Shown: positions 36,347-45,271, counted from the stretch's first letter. The stretch is 64,000 nucleotides of DNA from Pirellulales bacterium (GCA_036268995.1 DATATB010000074.1:5195-69194), one strand, 5' to 3'. The notes: generated by a model not told the origin, from the sequence alone. Made by a program: numbers and translations.

Positions 36347-38069
36347 CGTGTTCGCGCCCGATGAGTTTTTGAAGTATCGTCCACGGGCGCGTATTCGCCA
36401 CGTCGGCTACGGTCAGCCCGGCGCGTCGCGCTTGCAGGATGCCGTAGCGCAGCTTGTCCAGATCGCCCGTGCTGTGGGCGTCGGTCGAAATCACGATCGG
36501 AATGCCGTGCGCCTTGGCCGCCGCACAGTGGATGTCGTCTAAATCCAGCCGGGCCGGGTTGGCGTTGAGTTCGAGCAGCTTGCCGTAGTCACTGGCCGCG
36601 CGGAATACCTGGTCGAGATCGACTTCGTAGCTTTTGCGCCGATTGATGATCCGGCCCGTCGGATGGGCGATGGCCGAGACGTGGGGATTGCGGATCGCAT
36701 CGACGATCCGCTTCGTGATCTGCTCGCCCGGCTGCTTCTGCCCATAGTGAACGCTGGCCACGACCCAATCGGCCTGGGCCAGCACGTCGTCGTCCAGATC
36801 GAGGCCGCCTTTTTCCAGAATATCGACCTCGATGCCTTTGAGCACCTGGATGCCCGGATGGCGGCGGTTGAGCGCATCGATCGTTTTCCACTGCTCCAGC
36901 GCCCGGGCGTTATCCAATCCATTGGCCATGCTCACCCGCTTCGAGTGATCGGTGATGGCGATGTAGCGCAGGCCGCGGTCGCGGGCGGCGGCGATCATTT
37001 CATCCAGCGTGGCCTTGCCGTCAGTGGCCGTGGTGTGCATGTGCAAGTCGCCGACGATGTCCTGCTCTTCGATCAGCTTGGGCAGCGGACCGGCCGCGGC
37101 CCATTGAAATTCGAACCGGCCTTCGCGGATTTCCGGCGGGAAGCAAGGCAGATCGAGCGTGGCATATACGTCCGCCTCCGTGCGGCCGGCGATGGACTCG
37201 TCGTCGCGATACACGCCGTATTCGTTGATCTTCAGCCCCTTGGCCTTGGCCATGCCGCGCAGCACGACGTTGTGCTGCTTGCTGCCGGTGAAATATTGCC
37301 AGGCGGCGCCGAAACTTTCCTCCGGCACGACGCGCAGGTCGAGTTGCAAGCCGGTCGCCAGCCGGACCGAAGTTTTCGTATTACCCCGGGCCAGCACTTC
37401 GGCCACGCCGGCAAAATTCACCAGCCGCTCCATCGCCGGCGTGGGGTCGGCGGCGATAGCCAGCAGATCGATGTCGCCCACCGTCTCCTGCCCGCGGCGA
37501 TAGCTGCCGGCCGCTTCGACGCGTGCAATGGCCGGCGAGCCGCGCAGGTATTCCAACAGCGTCTGCACATGAATGTCGGCTTCGGCCCAGTACATGCGAT
37601 CCTGCGCCGCGGCGGCCATCGGCAGCCCGGCCAGGATGGTCTGCTCGGTTTTTTCGCCAAAGCCTTTCAGCCCGCGCAGGCGCTGGCCTTCGCACGCGGC
37701 CCGTAAATCATCGAGCGTGCGGATGCCCAGCTCTTTGAGCAGCACGGCCGCCTTCTTGGCTCCCAGCCCCGGGACGCGAAGCATCTCCAGCGCCGTGCGC
37801 GGCACCTCGCACAGCAGCGTGCCGTGCATTTCCAGCGCGCCGGTTTCCAGCAACTCCGCGATCTTGCCGGCCAGATCCTTGCCGATGCCCGGGATGCCCG
37901 TCAGCGTGCGCTCAGGATCGGCCGCAATGCTAGCCAACGGCTCGGCCAGCTCGCGAATCGCCCGCGCCCCATTGCGATATGCGCGTACCCGGAACGGATT
38001 GGCATCGGTGAATTCCAGCAGATCGGCCACTTCGTCCAGCACGGCCGCGATCTCAGCATTGTTCAGCAT
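36342..38069 (-). CDS. polX: DNA polymerase X family protein with a C-terminal PHP phosphoesterase domain
   Basis: MLNNAEIAAVLDEVADLLEF..NPFRVRAYRNGAR (HhH), GSYRRGQETVGDIDLL (PolX catalytic Asp pair) and PHP motifs GDLHMHT and ISTDAH. Start at ATG 38069. Confidence 0.9.
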   Translation of the reverse strand: MLNNAEIAAVLDEVADLLEFTDANPFRVRAYRNGARAIRELAEPLASIAADPERTLTGIPGIGKDLAGKIAELLETGALEMHGTLLCEVPRTALEMLRVPGLGAKKAAVLLKELGIRTLDDLRAACEGQRLRGLKGFGEKTEQTILAGLPMAAAAQDRMYWAEADIHVQTLLEYLRGSPAIARVEAAGSYRRGQETVGDIDLLAIAADPTPAMERLVNFAGVAEVLARGNTKTSVRLATGLQLDLRVVPEESFGAAWQYFTGSKQHNVVLRGMAKAKGLKINEYGVYRDDESIAGRTEADVYATLDLPCFPPEIREGRFEFQWAAAGPLPKLIEEQDIVGDLHMHTTATDGKATLDEMIAAARDRGLRYIAITDHSKRVSMANGLDNARALEQWKTIDALNRRHPGIQVLKGIEVDILEKGGLDLDDDVLAQADWVVASVHYGQKQPGEQITKRIVDAIRNPHVSAIAHPTGRIINRRKSYEVDLDQVFRAASDYGKLLELNANPARLDLDDIHCAAAKAHGIPIVISTDAHSTGDLDKLRYGILQARRAGLTVADVANTRPWTILQKLIGREHA

Positions 38070-38082
38070 GAAAACTCCAGGG

Positions 38083-38193
38083 GAAGTGAATAGTGGAAAG
38101 TGAAAAGTGAAAAATGAAAAATGTCGGACAAGGGTCGCTCGCCGAAGCACTCGTTCTTTTACTTTCCACTTTTCACTGTTCACTTTTCACTTC
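38083..38193. repeat. ~37-bp imperfect inverted repeat (GAAGTGAAAAGTGAA family) filling the whole intergenic gap
   Basis: The left arm gaagtgaatagtggaaagtgaaaagtgaaaaatgaaaa pairs with ttttactttccacttttcactgttcacttttcacttc, with a spacer of about 36 nt. It occupies 111 of the 124 nt between the GTPase stop and the polX start. Confidence 0.8.
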
Positions 38194-39186
38194 TTACGTG
38201 TGCATCTCCACAATGTCGCGGTCGTGCATGACGTGGTCGCCTTTGACGGCGGTGCCGTCGTGGACGCCGGTGCCCCAGATGCGGGCGAACTTGAGTTGCT
38301 CGGCCAGCTCCTTGTGCACCAAGGCCGCCACGTCGGCCAACGTGCTGCCGCGCGGCACGGTAAACGGCCGCTCCATGTCCGGCTCTTTGGCCTTGGGCAG
38401 CTTGGTGTAGACGCGGATGATGTCCAGCGACTCGTAAATCGCCTGCTTGAGCGGCTCGAGTGCCGTAGCCTGCTCGGCCGACACGGCGAGTTCCGGCAGT
38501 TGCAGCGGCGACATCTCGTGCCACAACTCGACGCGCTCCTTGAAATCCGGCAAGTCGCTTTTGTTGAGTACCGAGATTGTTCGCGTGTACGACAAGCCAA
38601 TGTCGTCTTCGTCCAGAGACGAGGCGGCGGCCAGTCGCGTCTTAGTCTGGTTCAATTTGTCGATGCAGGCCAGGCAATGTTCGATGCCATCGTCGCTGCC
38701 CAGGTCGACGACGAGCAAGGCCAGATCGGCGCCGCGGATCAGACCCTGCATGTAAGGTTCGAGAAAATCGCCCGTGATCGGCGGGGTGTCGATGAGCTGC
38801 ACCATCACGTCTTGCCAGGGCATCATGCCCGGCAGCGGGGTGCGGGTTGTGAAGGGATAGATGGCCACCTCGGGCGTGGCCCTGGTGAGCCGGGCCAGCA
38901 GTTGGCTTTTGCCGGCATTGGGCCCGCCCAGGATGACCACCGTGCCGGCTCCCTGCCGCGGGATGCGGACGGCGTGGCCTTTGTTGCCGGCCTTGCGCTC
39001 GGCCTCGGCGTCCTTTTTCGCCCGGCTGATCTTCTGCTTGAGTTCCGACTGAAGTTTTTCCGAAGCTTTGTGCTTCGGCATTTCGCGGAACATGACCTCG
39101 AGCCACTTGAGCTCTTCTTCCTTGGTCGCGGCCCGGCGATACTGCTCCTCGGCGCGGTGATACTGCGGTGTAAGATTCGTGGCCAT
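38194..39186 (-). CDS. OBG-class GTPase of the DRG/Rbg type with a C-terminal TGS domain
   Basis: Helical N-terminus resembling DRG (QYHRAEEQYRRAATKEEELKWLE...). G1 GGPNAGKS, G2 FTT, G3 DTPP, G4 NKSD. TGS-like end IRVYTK...FTVPRGSTLADVAALVH...ARIWG. Start at ATG 39186. Confidence 0.8.
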   Translation of the reverse strand: MATNLTPQYHRAEEQYRRAATKEEELKWLEVMFREMPKHKASEKLQSELKQKISRAKKDAEAERKAGNKGHAVRIPRQGAGTVVILGGPNAGKSQLLARLTRATPEVAIYPFTTRTPLPGMMPWQDVMVQLIDTPPITGDFLEPYMQGLIRGADLALLVVDLGSDDGIEHCLACIDKLNQTKTRLAAASSLDEDDIGLSYTRTISVLNKSDLPDFKERVELWHEMSPLQLPELAVSAEQATALEPLKQAIYESLDIIRVYTKLPKAKEPDMERPFTVPRGSTLADVAALVHKELAEQLKFARIWGTGVHDGTAVKGDHVMHDRDIVEMHT

Positions 39187-39227
39187 GCGGCCATTATAAA
39201 GCCGCGATCGAGACTGGCGAACCCAAC

Positions 39228-39299
39228 GCATAAAGCCGCGACCGCTGGTCGCGAGCGGACGGAATTCTCACGAGACGGAATTCTCACGAATTCCGCTAC
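39228..39299. repeat. family D hairpin plus a half/duplicated family C unit
   Basis: cataaagccgcgaccgctggtcgcg (39228-39252), then cggaattctcacgaga-cggaattctcacgaattccgctac ending in CTAC (39260-39299). The loop read in GTAG orientation is GTGA. Confidence 0.75.
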
Positions 39300-39416
39300 G
39301 ACAAAAAAACAGCCGCGGAGCCATCCGAAGATGACCCCGCGGCCGGCGTGGGTCTCCGTGCAAGACGGAAAGTCGAAATCGCCGGCGGGCTTGGCGTTGG
39401 CCCCGCCGCGGCGTTG

Positions 39417-40550
39417 TTAGCGGTTCGAAGCCCGCCAGCCGTCTTCGTCGGCCAGCGGCATGATCGTGGTGGTCGGGCCGACGCCTGTGTCTGCGGCGGC
39501 CGGAGTCAGATCGGGTGCATTCCAAGCGACCGGCGTATACGGATAGCTCGGGATGCTGGTCGTGCGGTTTTCGGGATCCAGCAGCCGCAAATGGCTCGAA
39601 GAGTTCACCTTCGAGCCCGGCGTCAGATTCGGATCCGGAATCGGCCGCATCGGCTGTTGCGTGCTGCCGGGTGCGGTGTTATTCGGGTTCGCGGGCGGCG
39701 TGCCGCCCTGGTTTGCCGGCGCCGACGTGTTCGGAGCAGCCCCGTAGCCGCTCGTGGCCGGATAGCCGGGATTGGCGTACTGCTGGGCCGGATAGTTCGA
39801 CGTTGCGGCGGGTGCTGAACCCGGATTGCCGTACGTCGGTCCGGCGCTAGCCTGCGGCGCGAACGTGGAAGGCGTGCTGTAATTGGGTGCGCCGTACGTT
39901 GGCGCGCCATAGTTCGGCGCTCCGTAGGGCGGCGTGTAGGGTGCGGGAGTCGGCGGCAGTGCCGAAGCCGATCCGTACGTCGGCACGCGATAAGCCGGCG
40001 CTTGCAACAGCGAGGGCGCGCCGGTCGCGGCGCCATAGGTTGCCGTGCCGCCCGGGCAAGTCGGGCAGGCAGCCGGAGCGGCGTAGGTGGCCGGTGCGAC
40101 GGCTTGCGGGGCGTAGCTGGTCGGCACATAGGTCGTCGAAGGCACGTACGTGGTGGTGGCAGCCACGGGCGCCGGGCAAACCGTGCACGGCCGATTGCTG
40201 TACACCAGCCGATACGAGGTAAACGGCACCATCCGCGTTTGCTGCACGAAGCTCGTCACCGGCTTGTAGCTGGTGACGGGGCAGCCCGAGCAAGGATCAG
40301 AGCTGACCACCGGCTGGTAGCTGGTGACCGGCACTGTGACCGACTGGCAGCGATAACTGGTCTGCGGCACGTAGCTCACCGTCTGCGCTTGAGCGCACGG
40401 GTTGCAGGCCACCGCGGCGGGCTGTTGGCACGAATTGCATTTCTTGCATTTGAACAAGTCGCACAGGCTAGCGTGACTCTCACCGGGCAGCGCCAAGAGC
40501 ATCGCCAGGCCCGCCAGCGCGGCCAGCCATCGATGATTGCGGATGTTCAT
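39417..40550 (-). CDS. secreted low-complexity Cys/Tyr/Pro/Thr-rich protein
   Basis: Signal peptide MNIRNHRWLAALAGLAMLLALPGESHA. A Cys-rich head (CDLFKCKKCNSCQQPAAVACNPC) is followed by repeated (V/T)SY.P / TYG.P motifs. No enzyme motif. Confidence 0.6.
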   Translation of the reverse strand: MNIRNHRWLAALAGLAMLLALPGESHASLCDLFKCKKCNSCQQPAAVACNPCAQAQTVSYVPQTSYRCQSVTVPVTSYQPVVSSDPCSGCPVTSYKPVTSFVQQTRMVPFTSYRLVYSNRPCTVCPAPVAATTTYVPSTTYVPTSYAPQAVAPATYAAPAACPTCPGGTATYGAATGAPSLLQAPAYRVPTYGSASALPPTPAPYTPPYGAPNYGAPTYGAPNYSTPSTFAPQASAGPTYGNPGSAPAATSNYPAQQYANPGYPATSGYGAAPNTSAPANQGGTPPANPNNTAPGSTQQPMRPIPDPNLTPGSKVNSSSHLRLLDPENRTTSIPSYPYTPVAWNAPDLTPAAADTGVGPTTTIMPLADEDGWRASNR

Positions 40551-40947
40551 GATTTCAACTCCCCTTAAACAGCCTACCAGGTGTCATGCAACAGAAACTG
40601 GCGAGTGCGTGATGACGGATCGTGATCCGAGGCCTTCGTCCGCTCTATTGTTTGTGGTGCCTGGCAAGCCAGGTGTCAACGCGCGCCTTGAGAGAAACCG
40701 TCATTTGGTTGCAAATACAGCGCGGCGAAAGTGTATCGTGTGTGATGGTTGTAATGGCTGCATCGATTGCAGTGCCAGCAGCACGCTGATGCCGTCATTT
40801 ACCACGTGTAAACGACCACGCACTCAACAAGTGTACGCAGTGCAACGCAAAAGCGTAGGTCACGGGCGCCACAATGTCGAATTGCCGCCAGCGAAAGAGT
40901 GTCAGCAGACGAGCGCTCGTGGGACGTCACCATCCGCCCAACCGGCA

Positions 40948-41574
40948 TCAACCGTCGTCCCGCGAGGCATTGGCCGTAGGGCGGCGCGCTTCGTAGAGAT
41001 CATAGAGTTGGAACAGCGCCTCGCGCAGGTTGCCCCGGCTGGCTTCCAAAGCGGGCAGAACTTCGCCCGGCTCGACACTCCCGTGCTCGCCAACCAGCTC
41101 GCGCACGATGTCCACGGCCACGGCCGGATCGACGCGGGTTTCGGTCACGCGCGGCAAGCCGCTGGTGCGATGCGTCGTCACCAGCAAGCCGCACTGGCGG
41201 CGGCGGCAAGCCGTGCGCAGCATCCAGCGGGCCCAGCCCGAGAGTTGCTCATAGCCGTCGACAATCACCACGGTGCCCGGCCCGGCCGCGGCCAGTTGCT
41301 CTCCGCCGTGCGGCAGACGCCGCGCGCCTTCGCCCAGCGTGAACAACATCACGCGCCGCCCGACCGCTTCCAACGCAGGCACTAGCGTCGCCAGCAGCGT
41401 GCTCTTGCCGCTACCGTGCGGACCGACAATCTCGCCGCGCCAATTGCAAGCCTTCAGGCGGTCGAGAAATTCGGCCACTCCACCAGCAGGCCAGCGATAA
41501 CTGATGGCCCCGGGGCGCACATAGCGCGTCGCAAACGGATTGGATAGCGGATCGGCCACAGGCGGAATCCTCAA
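40948..41574 (-). CDS. small P-loop NTPase (AAA-like), function unknown
   Basis: Walker A GPHGSGKST and Walker B VVIVDGYEQL; about 208 aa. It lies 27 nt downstream of the beta-sandwich gene. The start is uncertain (TTG 41574 in the track; no clear RBS). Confidence 0.6.
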   Translation of the reverse strand: MRIPPVADPLSNPFATRYVRPGAISYRWPAGGVAEFLDRLKACNWRGEIVGPHGSGKSTLLATLVPALEAVGRRVMLFTLGEGARRLPHGGEQLAAAGPGTVVIVDGYEQLSGWARWMLRTACRRRQCGLLVTTHRTSGLPRVTETRVDPAVAVDIVRELVGEHGSVEPGEVLPALEASRGNLREALFQLYDLYEARRPTANASRDDG

Positions 41575-41601
41575 TTATGTAAGCTCACATGCGGGCGGTC
41601 A

Positions 41602-42048
41602 TCACGTCGAGGCGGAATGTTCGGAGGGTTGATCGGTATGGTCGCGCCGGCCGAAGACCGCCGCGGCCGGCGGCACGTGGCCCAGGCGAAACGGCTGCTC
41701 GCTGACGATCTCACGCCCGCGCGCCAGAAACAATCGCACGCGTACGCACCACCGAATTTTGACAATCACACCTTCATACGACAGCGGGCTGGCGGGCAGC
41801 CGGGTGCTGAAGCGGTACGGCCGGCGCAGATCGACGCCGCTGCTCTCGTCGCTCGCCAGGCGATTGAAGTAATGCACGGCCAGGTCTTCTTCGCCCTTGC
41901 CTTCGGTATACCACAAGACCGAGATCTCAAGCGCCCGCGGCTCCAATAGCGATAGCGGCTCGATGCGGCATTCGGCCGAGAGCACGTCGCCAGGCAGAAA
42001 CGTCCGCTGGTGGCGGTCGAGCGTAATCAGCACGTGCGGGTCGCTCAT
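41602..42048 (-). CDS. arrestin-N/Spo0M-like beta-sandwich protein (148 aa), function unknown
   Basis: MSDPHVLITLDRHQRTFLPGDVLSAECRIEP...LEISVLWYTEGKGEED...LPASPLSYEGVIVKIRWCVRVRL. This strand pattern resembles arrestin-like folds. ATG 42048 overlaps the upstream stop (ATGA). Confidence 0.5.
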   Translation of the reverse strand: MSDPHVLITLDRHQRTFLPGDVLSAECRIEPLSLLEPRALEISVLWYTEGKGEEDLAVHYFNRLASDESSGVDLRRPYRFSTRLPASPLSYEGVIVKIRWCVRVRLFLARGREIVSEQPFRLGHVPPAAAVFGRRDHTDQPSEHSAST

Positions 42049-43406
42049 GATTGCAGGCCCGCATGCAGATCGGGATACACGGTGACGGAGTAGGCCCGCT
42101 CCAGCGGCGGCCACTGCACCACGTCACCGGTGACTAGCAGCTTCCAGCAGATTGTGTTGTGCTCGCTTTTGAAAGAGTGCATAGCCGTGCGCGGCACTTC
42201 GAACTCGCACTCGGCCTCGAACGGTTTTTCCGGTTTGACGACAAACCGCTCGTGCCGGGCGATCTGGCTGGTGTACACGCGCCGCGATTCGGTTCGCACG
42301 TTGGTGCCCTGGCGAAACACGGCTTCTTCGTCACACACGAGCGAAACGGTGAGCGACTCGAACGCCAGCCGCCCGGCCTGCGCGAAGAACAAGCGATAGC
42401 GGCCGCCCGGCCGCAGTGGATGCCGATCGATTTCGACGATCGTGGGCCCCGCCCCGGTCATGGCCAGCAATTGTTTGATCACCAGCGCCGTCAGCCACAC
42501 GCCGATCAGCACAAACGGCACCAGCACGATCGTGAGAAACCATTCCGGATCGTTGTCCGCATGACTTTTGGCGGCGATGATCAGAAACACCGAAACGGTG
42601 CCGTTCCAGAACAGGCAGATTAATAACGTCCCGATCAGCCGCCAACTCGGCGTGGCCGAAGGCAGGCGATAGCTCAGCCGCGTGCCGGGGCTATTGGTCT
42701 GGTTCTCCAAGCCCGGCACGTGCGGAAACCTTTCGGCCACCGCCTTCTCTCCCAGGAACGGATCCAGTTCGGCTGCCCGTTGGGCCATGGCTGCCCGTCG
42801 TTCGGCACTTTTGCCCCAGTTGAACAGCGTGTACACCAGGCCGCCGCCGCCCAGGGCGATGAACGAGCCGGGCAGAATCAGAATCAGCCAGGCAAACAAG
42901 CTGTATTCGCGAGCCAGCACGGCTTGCGCGGGATCGAACGGATCGTACCAGCAGGGATATTGCTTGCCGACTTCGAACTGGTCGAGCATCGCCTGGCTGG
43001 CCGGCCGGTCATTCGTCGACAGTTTCGGAATTTCGTAGGTCCAGACCTGGTAGGGCCGGCCGCCTACTTCGTAGCGAATATGAAAGTCGGGCCGATAGCG
43101 CGGGCCCGAGCCCTCTTCGACGATTCGTTTTTCGAGCACCTGGCAAGTGGTCTCGACGAATTTGTGCTTGGCCCGCCAATCGGGAATCGTGACCTGCACC
43201 AGGCACACGCCCAGCGCCGCGCAACCGGCGAGAAACACGGCCGCGAAAAACAGTCCCAAGCTCGCGCCGCCCAGCTTCTCGGAGCGCATGTTCCGCGCCC
43301 CGCGCTTCTTGCCGAAGAAGCGGCGCACGATTCGGGCCAGGACCGAAGTCCGCCCGAAGCTGCCGATTGCGTCGCCCGGTCGACGACTCGCCATGCGTGG
43401 TTCCAC
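42045..43406 (-). CDS. polytopic membrane protein with a DUF3592-type domain and a C-terminal beta-sandwich
   Basis: TM, then TTCQVLEKRIVEE...RYRPDFHIRYEVGGRPYQVWTYE...GKQYPCWYDPFDPAQAVL (DUF3592-like, from memory). More TM helices follow. The C-terminal roughly 120 aa parallel the downstream 148-aa protein (LTVSLVCDEE...VPRTAMHSFKSEHNTICWKLLV). Confidence 0.65.
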   Translation of the reverse strand: MEPRMASRRPGDAIGSFGRTSVLARIVRRFFGKKRGARNMRSEKLGGASLGLFFAAVFLAGCAALGVCLVQVTIPDWRAKHKFVETTCQVLEKRIVEEGSGPRYRPDFHIRYEVGGRPYQVWTYEIPKLSTNDRPASQAMLDQFEVGKQYPCWYDPFDPAQAVLAREYSLFAWLILILPGSFIALGGGGLVYTLFNWGKSAERRAAMAQRAAELDPFLGEKAVAERFPHVPGLENQTNSPGTRLSYRLPSATPSWRLIGTLLICLFWNGTVSVFLIIAAKSHADNDPEWFLTIVLVPFVLIGVWLTALVIKQLLAMTGAGPTIVEIDRHPLRPGGRYRLFFAQAGRLAFESLTVSLVCDEEAVFRQGTNVRTESRRVYTSQIARHERFVVKPEKPFEAECEFEVPRTAMHSFKSEHNTICWKLLVTGDVVQWPPLERAYSVTVYPDLHAGLQS

Positions 43407-43565
43407 TTATCGCCGATTCGCCGCGCTGACCCCGATTCACCGTTTATAACACAAACGGCCATCGTCGGCGTCCCGCCCCATTGCGAACCGCACCTGCCGC
43501 CAATGATTATGCTAAATTGTCGCCGCAGACGGCTTGTGTCCTGCCCCGAGAATAGGAATGCGCCG

Positions 43566-44942
43566 ATGGCCCCAGTGCCGAGATCCTCGTTGTCGATGGC
43601 CCGCTGCTTCCGCCTGGCGGTTTTACTCGTGTTGGCCGCAGCGCCCGGCCCGGTCGTTGGGCAATCGGCCGCGAAAGAGCCAGCCGGCTGCAATGCGTGG
43701 CCGGCCTGGCGGGGTGCGCACGGCGACGGCGTAGCGACCGGCTGCAAGCTGCCTGATTCTTGGCCCGAGCAGCCGCTGCCGGTGGTCTGGGACGCGCCGC
43801 TCGAGAAGGGCTGGTCGTCACCGGTCGTCGCCGATGGCCGGGTGTTCGTCTCGGATCGTCGACTCGATGTCGAACGCTTGCAGGCCTTCGATGCCCAGAC
43901 CGGCCGGCAATTGTGGCAGCTCAAGCATCCGGTCGACTTCGATCCGCATCCAGTCGGCCGCCGGCATGGCAATGGCCCCAAGAGCACGCCGGTGGTTGCC
44001 GGCGGCCGCGTGTATTGGCTGGGCATCGCCGGTTGGCTCGAGTGTGTCGACGCGCGCGACGGCACCTCGCAGTGGCACTTGGATTTGCCCGCCGAGTTTG
44101 GCCGGCATCAGCCGTTGGCGTCGAATCGGGCTTTTGTCGATCGCGAAGAAGCGGTGATCGTGCCGGTCGGCAAAGGCGAAGGCGCGGCCGTGCCGCTATT
44201 CGGCTACACCGGCTCGCCGCGGGTCGACGACGGCCGGCTGATTTGCCCCATCGGCCAACCGGGGGCAGGAACTTTTGCCGCACTCGACGTTGCGACCGGC
44301 CGCATGCTGTGGCACGCGCTGGACGAGCATGTCTCGTATTCTTCGCCGATCATTGTCGAGCTGGCCGGCGTGCGGCAGGTCGTGGCGATGACTGGCCCAC
44401 GGGTCGTGGGATTGGCGTGCAAAGATGGCGGACTGCTCTGGAGCCATCCCTTCCAGATTCAATACGACGAAAGCATCAGTACGCCCGTCGTGTCGGACGA
44501 CATGGTGATCGTGTCCGGCGAGGGGCATCCGACGACGGCGTTGAAGATCAGCGCCGACGGCGCCGGCCAATCGGCAACGATGGTGTGGGAGAATTTCGAT
44601 CTGACCAGCTACTTGTCGAGCATGCTGGCCTACGGGGGGCACATCTACGGCATGAACGACGGCGGCGAGCTGTGCTGCGTGCGCGCCAGCGACGGCAAAA
44701 CGCTGTGGAGCGGCGGCAAGCACGGATACTATTGCACGCCGCTGCTGGCCGACGGAAAACTGCTATGCCTCAACGAGCGTGGCACGCTGCTCGTGGTGGC
44801 GGCCGATCCTGGCGGCTACCGCGTGTTGGGCGAAAGCCAACTGACCGACGCGGCCACATGGACCACGCCGGCTCTGGTTGGCCAACAGCTATTTATCCGC
44901 AGCGCCGACGGCCTGCGCTGCTTGAGCCTCGCGCGCCCCTAA
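43566..44942 (+). CDS. secreted PQQ-like (BamB-type) beta-propeller repeat protein
   Basis: Signal peptide (MARCFRLAVLLVLAAAPG). WPAWRG..GDG, SSPVVADGRVFV and repeated G..LW patterns typical of PQQ_2/PQQ_3 repeat proteins. Start at 43566 or 43596. The track ORF from 42720 is an antisense run-on. Confidence 0.8.
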   Translation: MAPVPRSSLSMARCFRLAVLLVLAAAPGPVVGQSAAKEPAGCNAWPAWRGAHGDGVATGCKLPDSWPEQPLPVVWDAPLEKGWSSPVVADGRVFVSDRRLDVERLQAFDAQTGRQLWQLKHPVDFDPHPVGRRHGNGPKSTPVVAGGRVYWLGIAGWLECVDARDGTSQWHLDLPAEFGRHQPLASNRAFVDREEAVIVPVGKGEGAAVPLFGYTGSPRVDDGRLICPIGQPGAGTFAALDVATGRMLWHALDEHVSYSSPIIVELAGVRQVVAMTGPRVVGLACKDGGLLWSHPFQIQYDESISTPVVSDDMVIVSGEGHPTTALKISADGAGQSATMVWENFDLTSYLSSMLAYGGHIYGMNDGGELCCVRASDGKTLWSGGKHGYYCTPLLADGKLLCLNERGTLLVVAADPGGYRVLGESQLTDAATWTTPALVGQQLFIRSADGLRCLSLARP

Positions 44943-44998
44943 ACCCAGGGTTTGCAAACCCTGGGGACTCCAAGCGCGATCTACATCTACAATGCCCG

Positions 44999-45271
44999 TC
45001 AGGCGATCGCAGGCTGCCGCTTGTGCTTGCGCAAAAAGCCGATGCTCTCCAACGCCTTGTAGACTTCTTCGAGCGTCTTTTCGCCGAAGTTCGAAATGCT
45101 CAAGAGGTCGTCGCGGGTGCAGTGCAGCAGATCGTTGACCGTGAAGATGCCGCGCTCTTCGAGGCAATTGGTCGTGCGGACCGACAGGCCGATTTCGGCC
45201 GTGCTCATTTCCAAGCGGTCTTTGAGGCCTTTGGCTTGCTCGTCGGCTGCGCTGAGGCGGATGCGGGTCAT
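44999..45271 (-). CDS. stand-alone RNA polymerase alpha-subunit C-terminal-domain-like protein
   Basis: LSVRTTNCLEERGIFTVNDLLHCTRDDLLSISNFGEKTLEEV matches the RpoA alpha-CTD helix-hairpin-helix text. GGGAGGG RBS before ATG 45271. Confidence 0.7.
   Translation of the reverse strand: MTRIRLSAADEQAKGLKDRLEMSTAEIGLSVRTTNCLEERGIFTVNDLLHCTRDDLLSISNFGEKTLEEVYKALESIGFLRKHKRQPAIA

Noticed and set aside
38107-39420. 437-aa plus-strand ORF antisense to the DRG-like GTPase
   Set aside because: It begins inside a hairpin repeat and is antisense to a gene with full G1-G4 and TGS motifs.
39417-39440. tRNA T-arm-like string GGTTCGAAGCC
   Set aside because: The flanking bases do not form a 5-bp T-stem, and no acceptor or anticodon arms can be drawn. 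It lies at the 3' end of a CDS. No tRNA was found anywhere in the window by eye.
42720-43565. 5' part of the 740-aa plus-strand ORF (42720..44942)
   Set aside because: The first roughly 280 codons are antisense to the DUF3592 membrane-protein gene and have no features. The real PQQ-like gene begins with its signal peptide at 43566/43596.
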